DNA of 64,000 nucleotides. Source: Piedraia hortae CBS 480.64 (taxonomy: Eukaryota). The notes under the pieces were generated by a model. It had not been told where the DNA came from. It was given only the letters and a program-made list of their open reading frames with translations, and made no database searches. This document shows, piece after piece, positions 12,001 to 20,974 of the stretch (positions within the stretch are counted from its first letter, which is position 1; each line of letters starts with the position of its first letter). The DNA is taken from contig MU005966.1 of the NCBI GenBank assembly GCA_010093745.1, positions 69,628 to 133,627 on the forward strand, in the 5' to 3' direction. The position numbers and the translations under genes were made by a program.

Positions 12001-15000
12001 CAGGTTGGAGGAGATTCATGGGGTTTTCCCCGAACATGCCACCCCGCTTGAGGGCATGAGAGCGGTTGAATTGATTCGGGAGCACGCGCATTCGCTCCCG
12101 CTGCCGCGATTTCTTCCCCCGCTTGAGAGGCTGTATGCGACGATGGGACAGTGGGAGGATGTTGCGAGTAAAGAATTTTCGGTGGAGAACTTAATAGAGG
12201 AGGTTGTTGGGGTTGTGGTGCAGTGGAGGAGAATTGAGTTGGGGAATTGGGGAGGTGTGCTTAGAAGGGAGGCGGGGAGGGTGAAGGAAAAGTCGGCGAT
12301 GTGGTGGGCTGTTGCTTACGAGGTTTTGTTTGCGAGAGAGGCTCAGGGGGATGGGGATTCCTATGCTGAGAGGCTCCTCTCGACGCTGGATGACTTTTTG
12401 CACGCAGCGCCCATGGGGGAGTTTGAGGGTCGGGTGGAGATGCTGAAGGGCTTCATCCGGCATCTTGAAGTTGGGGGGAGGGATGGCGTTCTGCGAACCG
12501 CCCTCGCGAACTTCGTGGCGTTTTACGAGAAATACGTGCCCATCGTTGGGGAGAAGTTGAACGCGTCGAGGACGACGCTAGAGAAGGAGGTTGCGGAGAC
12601 GCAGAAGCTGGCATCGTGGAAGGAGAGGGATGTAAGGAGACTTAAAGAGGGGATGGAAAGAGTTCATGAGAGGTTGTTAAAGCTTGTTAGGAGGTGGAGG
12701 GAGACACTCGCTGAGCCGGTGGGCAGTGTGCTTGAGGCTGGCCTGCCAGAGACCAAATCGGAAACCAAGCCGCCAATACCAAGATTACCCACCCCAGAGA
12801 CCGCACAGTCTGATGAAATGACCACCACAAATGCATGGCTCACCCGACCCCCACGATTCATCAACATCGCCTCAACCGTCAATCTAATGACCTCCAAACT
12901 CCCCCCAATCACCTTAACCACCACCCACGACATTAAATCATTCACAAAAACTCTCCTCTCCGAGATCTTAACCCTCCGCACCTCCACCTCGTCCATCAAG
13001 TCCCTAACCGAAGAAACAAAACCTCAAATCCAACACCTCAAAGTCCAAAAAACGCGCCTTCTAGCAGAAACCCTCCGCCAACTCCGCGAAATGGGCTTCT
13101 CCACGAACCCCTCCCAAATAACCCTCAAAGCACAAGCCACGCTGCCAGCGATATGCGTGAATTCGCCGTTGCCGTTACCGAGCGAAGCAGAATTCCATAG
13201 GCTTCTCGCTCTAATGCCTCAGATAAGGCATTCAGCAAGGCGAGCGCATGAAGATGTGAAGGGAAGGGATACGTCGCGGGGCTTAAATCTGCTGGAGGGA
13301 GTCTTTGCGGTGGTGTTGGCGCAGAGACATGTCCTCTCGGAGGCGACAGCCGGGGTTGAAAGACTTAGTGTTGGAGTTTATCCTGCTGAAGAAGAAAATG
13401 AGGAAGGGGAGTGTATCGCCCTCGCGACAAAAACCGCGGAGAGGTTGTTGGGGATGCAAGCGGCGTTTGGTGGAGAGGAAGCTCCTGAGGTTACCCTTTC
13501 CGGCGTCGAGGCGCTGAAAGAGAGAAATCCAAACTTCCGTCCCGTTCTCGAGGGATTGGAAGCATTCCTCCTCCAGTCCGAACAGCAGAACGGCGGACAG
13601 CATAACGGCCGACAGCATAACGGCCATCCCGCCAACGCAGAAGAAAGCACAGCATCTCTCCTCGCCGCGGCCGATGCAGTCCTAGCGAGGGTCCAATCCC
13701 TCCCGGACCCCATCGAGGGGAAGGGTGAAGGTAAGAACTGGGTCCTCACCGCATCCAAAAACCTCACGCAAATTCTACGCGCTCTGCACCTCGCCCGCAT
13801 CGCGGATCATCTTTCCTCCACTGCATGCGGACCGCTAAGACCCATTTTCGAGACGTTCCTCACTTACGCCACCACCCACCTCGACGCCCTGCAGGCTTTG
13901 CATCACGCCCTCCTCTCAATGGCACTTGTCCTGGGGAGGGAGTTTATCAACCTCAATGAGCGGGGATTTTGTTCTCCCGCCCCACCGCAGGAGGGAGAAG
14001 CGAACGGAAAAGTGGAACCAGGCACGGGGCTGGGTGAAGGCGAAGGGGAGGAGGATATTTCGAATCAGATTGGAGATGAGGAAGATTTGGGGGAGTTGGC
14101 TGAGGAGAAGGGGGGGGAACAACCACAGGAGGGAGGGGAGGGAGAGGGGGTTGATATGACCTTTGATGAGATGAATGGGACTGTTGATGAGGGGGGTGAG
14201 CAAGAAGGGGAGGGGGATGAGGAGGAGGAGATTGGTAGTGTTGATGAGGATGAACAGGTTGATGAGAGGATGTGGGATGATGGGATGAGAGAGGAGGGAG
14301 AGGAGGGAGAGGAGGGAAAGGTGGATGAGGGGAGAAAGGAGGATGGACGGAAGGATGAGAAGGGACAAAAGGAGGATGGACAGGATGATGGCGGGAGGGA
14401 TGCTCCGCAAGAGGAGGGTGAACAGGCTGATGAAGAGACGGAGCGGGTTGGTGGAGAGCAGAAAGAGGAGGGATTCCCCGAAGAGATGGAAAATCTCGGA
14501 CTTCCTGAGGATCTGGATCTGGATCTGGATTTGGAGGGGAAGGATGGTGAGGATGAGATATCTGTTGATGAGGATATGGAGCCGCCCGGTGAGGGTCTGG
14601 ATGACGATGTTGCCGAAGATGCCCCCGCTGAGGGCGAGGATGCTACTGCAGAAGAAGGTTCGCCTGAAGATGACGATGCACAAGAGGACAGCCAGGATGA
14701 GATGCTTCAAGGAGACGACGCCGCTGAAGAAGACGACCAAGGCATGGAGACTGCATTACCAGACGACGCCAACGCCAGCGCGCAAGATACCCTCGTCCAG
14801 GGCGAAATCGGCACTGGGGCGGATGAGACTGAAGACACAGAAATGCAACAGACTGCGCCCGCAGAGCAACAAGACGAGGATGGCTCAGCGCCGCAAGAGG
14901 AACTCTCCGGAAAAGGCACCGCCGGACAAGGCGAAGATGCAACCGAACCCGCAGAGGAAGTTTCCGAAGGCCAGCGTCAGCCTTACAAGCAACTCGGCGA

Positions 15001-16237
15001 CGCTCTCGACGAATGGTACCGCCAGAGCCGACAGATCCAAGCCGCTTCGACGGGACAGAATCAGGACCAGGATGTCGACATGGCTGATGCAGCGTTTGAG
15101 CATCTCGCCGATGACAAAGCAGAAGCAGATGCTCAAGCCCTCGGCGCAGCATCCATAGAAGAATCCATGAACATCGACAAGGACAAAGGCTTGGCATCCA
15201 ACGAAAACATGGACGAATTCGTCGACAAGACTGAACATCCCCAGCGAGAACCATCTCCCATCCCCGAGAGTGAACCCACCCAACAAACCGACAACACAAC
15301 GCTCATTAACTCCCGCCCCCCCGTTCCATCAGAGCCCAACAACCCAACTGACCGCGACCCCGACGGCGACACAGACATGTCCCCCCCACCCTCCCCCTCC
15401 CTACCCCATTCGACCCCCAACCCATGGACATATTACCTCTCAAATACACACACCCACTCAATCTCCCTAACCGAACAACTCCGCCTAATTCTTACTCCAA
15501 CGCAAAGCACCAAACTCTCCGGCTCCTTCCGCACGGGCAAACGCCTCAACCTCCGCTCCATCCTCCCGTACATCGCAAGCGGTTTCAAAAAGGACAAAAT
15601 CTGGCACCGGCGAAGCATCCCTACCAAACGCACTTACAAAATCATGCTCTGTATCGATGATTCCCTCTCCATGTCCTCCTCCGCAAAGCGGGGTCTAGTT
15701 TACGAAACCCTCGCCCTCTTAGCGCAGAGCTTCGCGATGTTGGAGGTCGGGGACCTCGCCGTGCTGAAATTCGGGACGGATGTACAAATCCTCCAGGAGT
15801 TCGATTCTGTGCCGTTGGTAGGGCAGAGGGGGGAGGAAGTGATAACCGCGCTGCACTTTGATCAGAAACAAACGGATGTGGCGAAGCTACTTCACACCGC
15901 GATGGAACTGTTTAAAGGGAGGGACGCTTCGCGCAAACTGCAGATTATTCTCTCGGATGGAATTTTTTCCGATCCTGGAGCGATCGCTCCGCTTGTTAGG
16001 AGGGCGAAGGAGGAGGGGGTGTTGACGTTTGTTGTTGTGCTGGATGAGGGAATTATGCAGGGAGGAGAGGGGATACTTGAGTTAAAGAGTGTGGTGTATG
16101 ATAAAGGGGAGGTGGAGGTGAGGAGGTATATGGATGGGTTTCCGTTCGAGTATTATCTCCTTGTGAGGAGTGTGGAGGGTTTCGGAGGCGTGCTGGCGCA
16201 CGCGCTGAGGGAGTGGATTGGTGGAGAGGGGGAATAG
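3074..16237 (+). CDS. MDN1: Midasin (Rea1), dynein-like AAA ATPase of 60S biogenesis; 4387 aa in one uninterrupted ORF
   Basis: Six AAA modules (GPAGSGKT, GETGVGKT, GPTSSGKT, GETGCGKT, GSPGVGKT, GASGAGKT), a long linker, a D/E-rich region and a C-terminal MIDAS (IDDSLSM) with RTGKRLNLRSILPYIAS..KDKIW. Confidence 0.97.
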   Translation: MKMDTEPPATTTMSKRTSEITSQQENVLPEELLTLLHQSPISIITLAKYVLNGKYTDLLLPSIINISAAIFSSIPPSTTQSQTLALLGRIVPFAEHLLPFTTQYLTHNKTIPTDHEGLLGLLRLLRSYPETLAPLINPQDVIPLLHHRAIKSFLAVLILQITLSGAESWTQSMLTRWVGVDSIPGICEGRDFNLRTDFTKLEKSRADCLRGLLKTSKPSLKVSQPEGVVKLGKVLFFKEGGGHSSASASPSPKTSVSVPAAPQLIPTPTLAKNIDTLSELLKSSHPILLTGPAGSGKTTLIRYAAAKLNKLDKMVTMHLSEQSDAKLLLGLHTTGSSPGELEWKPGVLTTAVEEGRWVCIEDLDRATAEVMGTILPLVERGELQIPGRVGRVAGGGFRLLATVRTGELSGVGHFLGKRHWRIMGVDALPVGELRDVVRGLYPTLGGLGGQVLAMYARLLRVEVKSSTGTVRACNLADLLKLCRRVECLMGMRGEFTTASLDDVFLEGVDCFAASLPDGQAKGKITAVIAEELQIDPRRRDYLLEERNVNYKAGKGEVVIGRYRLMTDRHGFAGKGAPFSINPHTSRTLERVAAAVVNREPMLLVGETGVGKTSAVQYLARLLGKRLVPFNLSQQSEAGDILGGFKPVTARSRMMGLSEEFTVLFDASFSSSKNVEFVERLGRQMNKGNWKGVCKLWRQAVSIVDQQRPRRQAEEAPSKRQKKAIDFSRWDEFSAQIAVMERQLKAGSDGFTFSFVQGNIVKAMRNGDWVLLDEINLASPDTLEAIADLFDPAAPSLLLTEAGNIERIPAHPDFRVFAAMNPATDVGRKELPPGIRSRFTELFVESPDKDIKSLQLIVKSYLPSSPPAIALEVSQLYQRIITLSNESQLVDGAGQKPHFSLRTLTRTLTYARSISTQCPIQRALYEGFQMTFLTLLNLPSTQLIQPLIIQSLLKHPRAELEKPLLQPSPEYIQPFPGSKHYLLRGPLPLSPQEHYILTPFITHNLENLVRAASTRQFPILLQGPTSSGKTSMISYLAARTGHKFIRINNHEHTDLSEYLGTYTSTESGSLQFTEGLLIRALREGYWLVLDELNLASTEILEALNRLLDDNREIMIPETQEVVRPHKNFLLFATQNPAGLYGGRKTLSRAFRNRFVEIHFDEIPQGELVEVLAKRTRLPESWCGRIGGVYSELALRRRESALFERRGFATLRDLFRWAGRKASTVQELGTNGFLLLGERVRSEEERAVVKSVIESVMSRRGAKVEIDVEGVYGFEVPKVKGVVWTTAMRRLFTLVERAVRNNEPVLLVGETGCGKTSVVQVLAEVMGRRLRILNAHQNTETGDLIGSQRPVRERATVEGELRERLSDILEGEVGSTESLLRKYDGVFTPEQREGHTEIKALRTRFKALFEWVDGSLVLALKQGDFFLLDEISLADDSVLERINSVLETDRSITLAEKGSFDATVTAAPGFQFFATMNPGGDYGKRELSPALRNRFTEIWVPALSDLDDILLIVSTKLIEIARPYAKGMIAFAQWFRNEYNTTTTSAISIRDVLSWTSFVNAFSEYLVAAIVHGAAMVYIDTLGASPAGLISFTGRNLDEERKKCLTHLSIVLNIDAAAIYNQEISIQKNGSTLHVGPFTLPCSDIAALAKAFSFDVETTRKNALRVVRAMQVKKPILLEGSPGVGKTALVTALAEATNTPLTRINLSEQTDLIDLFGGDVPAESTAETESSSQVGTFTFRPSPLFLALQNGTWILLDELNLAPQSILEGLNSLLDHRGEVYIPELGKTFTLHPEFRIFAAQNPHHEGGGRKGLPASFVNRFTVVYADAFTPADLTKICRDRFSINPEKPVEFIRRLSSTLNCEVNLRDLVRFCTLSQQGGILRSGSMSDYISVLFALRFRTAAERATVLSLAEEIFGKTKRSDLVTILSPEIMQCGLATLPRDPIYAPPFPARGGGVIPLRALEATMLCIQHSWPVILTGASGAGKTLLVRRLAAMVGAKLTTIEVNKETDANDLIGGFEQLDPGRDRDEEAQKANKQLIHNVKQSLLNGEASLPTLHGNAPPAEKVSTTKGSFQWRDSPLISALQEGNWILIENANLCPSSVLDRLNSLLEPGGNLLVSENANADGSARVITPDRKCRVILTVDPRFGEVSRAMGNRGVQIYITSEEGEGVVESSAMQEGGRVFVEGSRRENGGRELGGLYATALREASLPKGLVGYLPEDPLGNQPLVGQTDELLSSAVELAVRIQISSTAGKVDLASMRGRKGLLKAMRATRLNLPLLERVLHEITSLRVAVELPAIYPPGCVQVMRTIAHFSFLSEASCGASLETSSEPAWLTAWLSSLHTTLPPGLGNTLPGVNVKVIRAMWIALKPPVPRTLEELGERITFEELVRRFDDVALGMGGSLDEVLRLRGLLRDAPAAGKTGELVQGIKNLVPDEKREAVFRMTWDWIWRRLAETDDRDEGCNFLAGREMDITGDGGTAHGGLYRLKDLLPRPFSIKQEWWVDTLIERLRDVHSVPVRDIGRMAEEVALLEKTVARMAGVLCRLDGDLKGWLRRLVEELLADVPEVGQTLGGVVEYLDDSLGAAVNGQDATAAAGNAMQKGKNQRNGTDAGQAWKSLARACLTLYVPSVPYDPALQTIIENRVQQNLCSEAERELQCLIFEENSRTGETDSLRIRFAKEYLSLLQEDSLARGMEGLGMKLEAATEVVRPLVSQTAALHADLQTLLRCVQQDDIKNLLLARERILSYRAYADYVLPVSGFVDAFLIGEMLSRRASLSYNDSAVGKLIPFASATYSSWQSESAFLTAFRSCSSLHYNAILLLLHAFSVRSTIWKIDSLSPEMRTTLSNVFETLYQRWKAHQIKKGKETEKKSALYHYKDEETQPSESLSEEEPDTSNFPLTKLANLHKAIFLQQEESNIIPLLAELAETDEDKSFATVLVALNNLPGRVDDDNYDFYTDANVAQIRLLSPLLGRIYARLEEIHGVFPEHATPLEGMRAVELIREHAHSLPLPRFLPPLERLYATMGQWEDVASKEFSVENLIEEVVGVVVQWRRIELGNWGGVLRREAGRVKEKSAMWWAVAYEVLFAREAQGDGDSYAERLLSTLDDFLHAAPMGEFEGRVEMLKGFIRHLEVGGRDGVLRTALANFVAFYEKYVPIVGEKLNASRTTLEKEVAETQKLASWKERDVRRLKEGMERVHERLLKLVRRWRETLAEPVGSVLEAGLPETKSETKPPIPRLPTPETAQSDEMTTTNAWLTRPPRFINIASTVNLMTSKLPPITLTTTHDIKSFTKTLLSEILTLRTSTSSIKSLTEETKPQIQHLKVQKTRLLAETLRQLREMGFSTNPSQITLKAQATLPAICVNSPLPLPSEAEFHRLLALMPQIRHSARRAHEDVKGRDTSRGLNLLEGVFAVVLAQRHVLSEATAGVERLSVGVYPAEEENEEGECIALATKTAERLLGMQAAFGGEEAPEVTLSGVEALKERNPNFRPVLEGLEAFLLQSEQQNGGQHNGRQHNGHPANAEESTASLLAAADAVLARVQSLPDPIEGKGEGKNWVLTASKNLTQILRALHLARIADHLSSTACGPLRPIFETFLTYATTHLDALQALHHALLSMALVLGREFINLNERGFCSPAPPQEGEANGKVEPGTGLGEGEGEEDISNQIGDEEDLGELAEEKGGEQPQEGGEGEGVDMTFDEMNGTVDEGGEQEGEGDEEEEIGSVDEDEQVDERMWDDGMREEGEEGEEGKVDEGRKEDGRKDEKGQKEDGQDDGGRDAPQEEGEQADEETERVGGEQKEEGFPEEMENLGLPEDLDLDLDLEGKDGEDEISVDEDMEPPGEGLDDDVAEDAPAEGEDATAEEGSPEDDDAQEDSQDEMLQGDDAAEEDDQGMETALPDDANASAQDTLVQGEIGTGADETEDTEMQQTAPAEQQDEDGSAPQEELSGKGTAGQGEDATEPAEEVSEGQRQPYKQLGDALDEWYRQSRQIQAASTGQNQDQDVDMADAAFEHLADDKAEADAQALGAASIEESMNIDKDKGLASNENMDEFVDKTEHPQREPSPIPESEPTQQTDNTTLINSRPPVPSEPNNPTDRDPDGDTDMSPPPSPSLPHSTPNPWTYYLSNTHTHSISLTEQLRLILTPTQSTKLSGSFRTGKRLNLRSILPYIASGFKKDKIWHRRSIPTKRTYKIMLCIDDSLSMSSSAKRGLVYETLALLAQSFAMLEVGDLAVLKFGTDVQILQEFDSVPLVGQRGEEVITALHFDQKQTDVAKLLHTAMELFKGRDASRKLQIILSDGIFSDPGAIAPLVRRAKEEGVLTFVVVLDEGIMQGGEGILELKSVVYDKGEVEVRRYMDGFPFEYYLLVRSVEGFGGVLAHALREWIGGEGE

Positions 16238-17793
16238 ATGTTATAGGAAGGGTGGATGGTATCGATGTATTGGGCTTTCGCGGTTGGTCTCGGGTCTCAT
16301 GATGGATGGGAATGTAAAGTTGTATTGGGTGAGTTCATAATGGGAGAAGCTGAAACAAACATTTTGCCCTTTTATTGAAAATGGGCAAGACTTTTACATG
16401 ATGTCCATCTTCAAGTTCATAAGCCTTTGTAAACGCTGTTGTGGAAAGCTAGAGGAATTTTTCCCGCCTAATGTGCACGAGATTGTCCACCTCTTCTAAT
16501 AAATCCATTGTAAACGCCGTGTAGAGTATTCGATCCCCGCAACTTCTCAATCTCTTTTGCTCTTTCCCATCCCCCTTCTCCCCATTTCTCATACTTCTCC
16601 TCCCCCCTTTCCATACTTCTCCTCCTCTCCTCAGACCAAGTAATCCCTATTGAAACGGCGGTGGACCCCATGGACATACTTCCCAACAGCACGGCGCCAA
16701 GCCTGATGTTTTCCTTGTGTTACGGTGCTTAGAGGAAAAGGTTCAATAAGTCCCAACAACGAGGACAATCCAGACTGCTATCTACTGGGAAGCTAGGATG
16801 TTATAAACCAATCCAGAAGCGCCGTTCATTCGTGCGTGGTAGCGAGCGTAGCTATGAATAACTAGCAGGGCGCATCGGTGTATCAAATTCCCTGTGCGCT
16901 TAGGCGGCGCGGGTCGTCCCGCGCACACACAGCCTCGCTGTAACACGCAGGAGGAGATTTCTTGTAGTATGCAGCACATGTATCACGCTACTTCCATGAT
17001 ATTGAAGTAGCTCTCCTTGGCTCTTAATGGTGTTTTTTTTGATGAGAAGTATCGGTGCCATACCTCGGCCTGATAATAAAAACTATAGAAAGAAAAATTC
17101 TGTATAGCAAAATGCTCAAAGAGCATAATAAAGAGGACAGTGGGGCAATGGAGTGATATTTGAGACTGTCTGAACCAAGAAGCTACTTGTACATAAGCTC
17201 GCTGCTGAACATCAGAAAATACAACTTTGTAAAAAACTCAATCTTCAAAAAGATTACGCTACGCAACAACTATCTTCCGACAGGTTCATGTTCCCTCGCA
17301 ACTACCGTTAATAGCAGGAAGAAGCACTTTACCGGTCTGAACGCACAATAACAACGCAAGGCAATAGAGCCAAATGCTGTCATTATACATTGACCGGCAG
17401 CTTAGCGGCTGAGCCTAGAATTAGCGGCTACTTGCAGGTAGAAATCAAGGTGTGACTTGGTGCGGATAATTCCACCTTCCAGCTAATTATTGGTTGCCTG
17501 GCCACCTTTTTATCTATAATGCATTTACTTTAAGCGTCGAGTAGACTTCGTCTCTCACAGCCTGAAATAGATGGTGCAGCGATAGGACTCTCGTGGATGG
17601 GAGTGCGCAGCGGCCCGAACTAAGAGGACGTAGCGATAGACGGAAATCGACAACAGGGAACAGGGCAGATGTAGATGGATAGGAGTCAATACCAGTGTCG
17701 ATATGACAGTATGAATAACTATCTATCTCAATGAGGGGACGTTCAGAATAAAAATTCTGTACCGGTTGGCCGGTGACGTCACATCGGACACTA

Positions 17794-17932
17794 AGCAGGG
17801 CGCATTCGCCGTGTCACATCTGACATGACCCTGAGGGAAAGTCTCTGTGAAGGAAAAAACCTAGGGTGCAGCTGGTAATGTAAGAGGTGTCGTGCAGTGT
17901 CATCGTACACTCATAGTAACAAGAGTTCATGC
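17794..17932 (+). repeat. Direct repeat copy A (~137 bp); pairs with 20323-20458
   Basis: Shares GACATGACCCTGAGG, AAAACCTAGGGTGCAGCTG, TGTAAGAGGTGTCG and CATCGTACACT with copy B; roughly 80-85% identity by eye. Confidence 0.9.
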
Positions 17933-18228
17933 CAACACAGCCTTCCGACGTTCTATTTACAACTCGAAAAACATGCGCTATGAATCTGTGGCAAGATATT
18001 TGACTTCCACTAGCACTCTGGCCGTCTAAACAGGTTGTATCGTGGCATGTTTACGTGTCATCTGGGGTACAAAATCCAAAAAGCTGAACGACACCTCGTC
18101 CACAATTCCAGCGACACATTCCAACAATTGATGCATATAAATTCGTTCCTGTCCTCCTCTAGCAGTCTAATTTCAATACGGCACGAACGAGAATCCTTCG
18201 GTGGCATGAGAACGAAGATTGACGCCGC

Positions 18229-18983
18229 TTGTTTGCAATGCCGTGGTCAGACGAGCCTAATGTGTACCCTACTTCTGAAGCAGCAGAGCCTGTGCCCAGG
18301 AGAATTGTCGTCGATCATGACGACGACTGTAGGGAGATATTACAGTCGCGCCCCGACTTCTGTCAATGTAACAGTGCTCCGGGACCTCGCAACATCAAGG
18401 CTCTTTCTCAGATTTGCACTATGCACCTGTCATCCAATGCGAATACTATCAACTCCGGTGCACCTGCTTCAGCATCAGATGCTATACAGGTCACGGCGGG
18501 AACTCTTTCGTCGAGCATAGCGTCCCCAACTGAACCAATGTCAAAGCCCTACGATTCTTCACCAGCAGTAGCCGACCAGGCCGATTCTTCGAACGGACAG
18601 AACGGTCTCAGCAAAGACCAGATTGTGGTCGGCAAATATTTCGTTTCTCCTTTAGGCTGTCTGCCAACCATCTTTGATAAAGTTACGGGCGCTGTGCCGA
18701 ACGAGTTGCTTTAGACAAAATTCAAAAAGAAGGCCTTAGTGAGGACGAGGCCGGGAGCCGCCGCAATCTGCGACTAACTGCAAGCATGAACTTGGTTTTT
18801 GCCGTGTGCACGGCTTCTGTGAAACAATCACTGATTGCAAGACTTGCGGTTCGAGCAGAACAAAATTTAAACTTCAGACCAATTTTCAATGGCGTTGAGA
18901 CGTTGCTCATTGGTTTTGTGTTGGTGTGGATGCTTTCGACGCCAATGGGATTTCTTCTCCTGTTTTTTGCGCTTTTCATCTGA
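18229..18983 (+). pseudogene. Degenerate fragment resembling the N-terminus of a P-type H+-ATPase
   Basis: Reads AVPNELL*TK, then a frameshift, then EGLSEDEAGSRR, followed by a hydrophobic segment. Resembles the Pma1 VPExLLQTD..GLT..EV..RR motif. TAG sits at the Gln position. Confidence 0.45.
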
Positions 18984-19320
18984 AGTTATGTCCAAGGGAT
19001 TCTACAATTATTGTCTTCTTTCCGTGGTTAGATCTGGTGAAGAATACTGTGTAGCTTACCTTCTACTGTCATAAGTTCTTCTCCCATCGCATCGATGTCA
19101 GTAGTCGATTGATTGAATGCAGAATGCTGGCGTGAGGCCCCACTGCTATGAGCATGTGAGGATATATTGCAGGAGTTTCATAGGTTTTCCCCCCGAGAAG
19201 CTTCCACATAGTGTATGATCACACCGATGACGTGGCGAATGCACTACCAGTGATAGATGTCATTGATGTCAACTGTCCACCCACCATCAACCTGTGTCTA
19301 CCTCATCGACTGACAAAACA

Positions 19321-20974
19321 ATGGACGCTCCACCAGTAAACCTTTCCCACGGCGACCGAAAGACCTCTGGTCTGTTTCAATTACAAGTGCACGGAGACAC
19401 CGTTGACAATGACAAACGAACTGCGTTTCCTAAAGTCGTATCAAACCTTGTAGACCTCGAGACAGGTGAAGCCACAAGGGCAATATACATCGCATGACCT
19501 CTCTAGAATGCTGTTCGTCTCCAACTCCCACATACGTTCCGGTATATCAACAACAAGTTACCTAACGGTGTCTTGGCAACGCTAGATCCTCGTCCTACGC
19601 CTATTGCTCAAAGAAGCCGAGTCAGAATCGATTCAAGCGGTGATGAAGACAGTGCTGTTGAGAGCTTAGTCGCATCTTATAACGCCACGGGTACCGCGCC
19701 CGATGGATGGCTTAGGACTAAGATCGGCGAAGGCCTTAATCACGACGAAGTTGCGAGAAGTCGCCTAATCTGCGGCTGGAACCAGCTATCGACGAGGAAG
19801 GAGAAGCGTCGCATGTCCGTTTTCTTATATCTCGTCAAAGCTCTCGCCACGCTGCCTGTTCTTTTCACTGGAATCGTGTCGTCTCTACTAATGTTCATCG
19901 CCTTTATCAAGCTTCTCTTGTTCCTCGGGAGTCCGTTGACCAGGTTCATCTCACAGCTAACAGCGGCTACTTTTCAAGCTATTGCTAACTTGCGCTACCG
20001 GACTGATAATTCGCTGAATACTTGGTATCAGACACTACCGACTACCTGGATAGTGCAACATCGCGTGGAGTGGCGTGATGAGAGCATTGTTTGAAAAGAC
20101 AGATAGTATGTACGAGTGAGAACGATGGATGGAGAGTAGAGATGTGTTTATGAGTGAATACAAATATATTTACGAGGGAACATCAGAGGATATATTCTGA
20201 GCTGGAAGGCCCGTGCGTAGCCTCGTATGATGAGTCATCAATTGTATGACCGCGAGCAAGTGGTCATACATGCAGTAAGACTGTCAGCATGCCGTCTTAC
20301 TCCATGACTCACCTCAAACAGTAGCAGGGTGCATTCACCATGTCGCATGCGACATGACCCTGAGGAAACCTCTGTGAGGACAAAACCTAGGGTGCAGCTG
20401 CTGGTGTAAGAGGTGTCGCGCAGTGGCATCGTACACTGATAGCAACGAGACTTCATGCGAAAATTGTTGCCATTCGCTAAGGTGGTGCTGAGTTGATTAG
20501 ACCACATGGGCTAGTTCCTAGCGACATCATAACTATCAGAAATGGCCACACCGTTCCTGCAGATATACGCATTGTTCGCGATTCGTTAAGGACTGGTGGT
20601 TCTCAAATGATGAAGTTTGGAATATGTGTTGGGAGGGACCGCAGGATTCAAGACACGAGGAATGCACATCCGCCAAGGAAGGTGAGAAACATCTTGATAG
20701 ACCTCTCGATTGGAATTCTCCGATGGCAAAGTTTATAGAAGACGCCCAGGTTAAAGTCGACTCCACACCGATCCTAAACAAGATAGGAAAATTTGTCCTG
20801 GCCATCATAGCTTCGGCCATTCGTTGTACAGGGAGCAACTACCTCCATACCTTTTTCAAGGGCCGGAACTACGAACATATTCTGCTGACGTACCTGATAC
20901 TCATCCCCATCGTAATATACGTGGTCATTTGTTCCATTATTTTCCCCCAAAGCGTCCGCGGACACCGGCCATGA
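19321..20974 (+). pseudogene. Decayed plasma-membrane P-type H+-ATPase (PMA-like) relic
   Basis: Three PMA-like segments in the correct order, with stops and frameshifts: Cation_ATPase_N-like APDGWLRTKIGEGLNHDEVARSRLICGWNQLSTRKE; A-domain AKIVAIR*GGAELIRPHGLVPSDIITIRNGHTVPADIRIV; TM3/4-like AQVKVDSTPILNKIGKFVLAII..LLTYLILIPIV. No clear DKTGT motif. Confidence 0.65.
20323..20458 (+). repeat. Direct repeat copy B (~136 bp); pairs with 17794-17932
   Basis: Same shared blocks as copy A. Lies directly upstream of, and partly overlaps, the ATPase A-domain-like reading frame. Confidence 0.9.
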
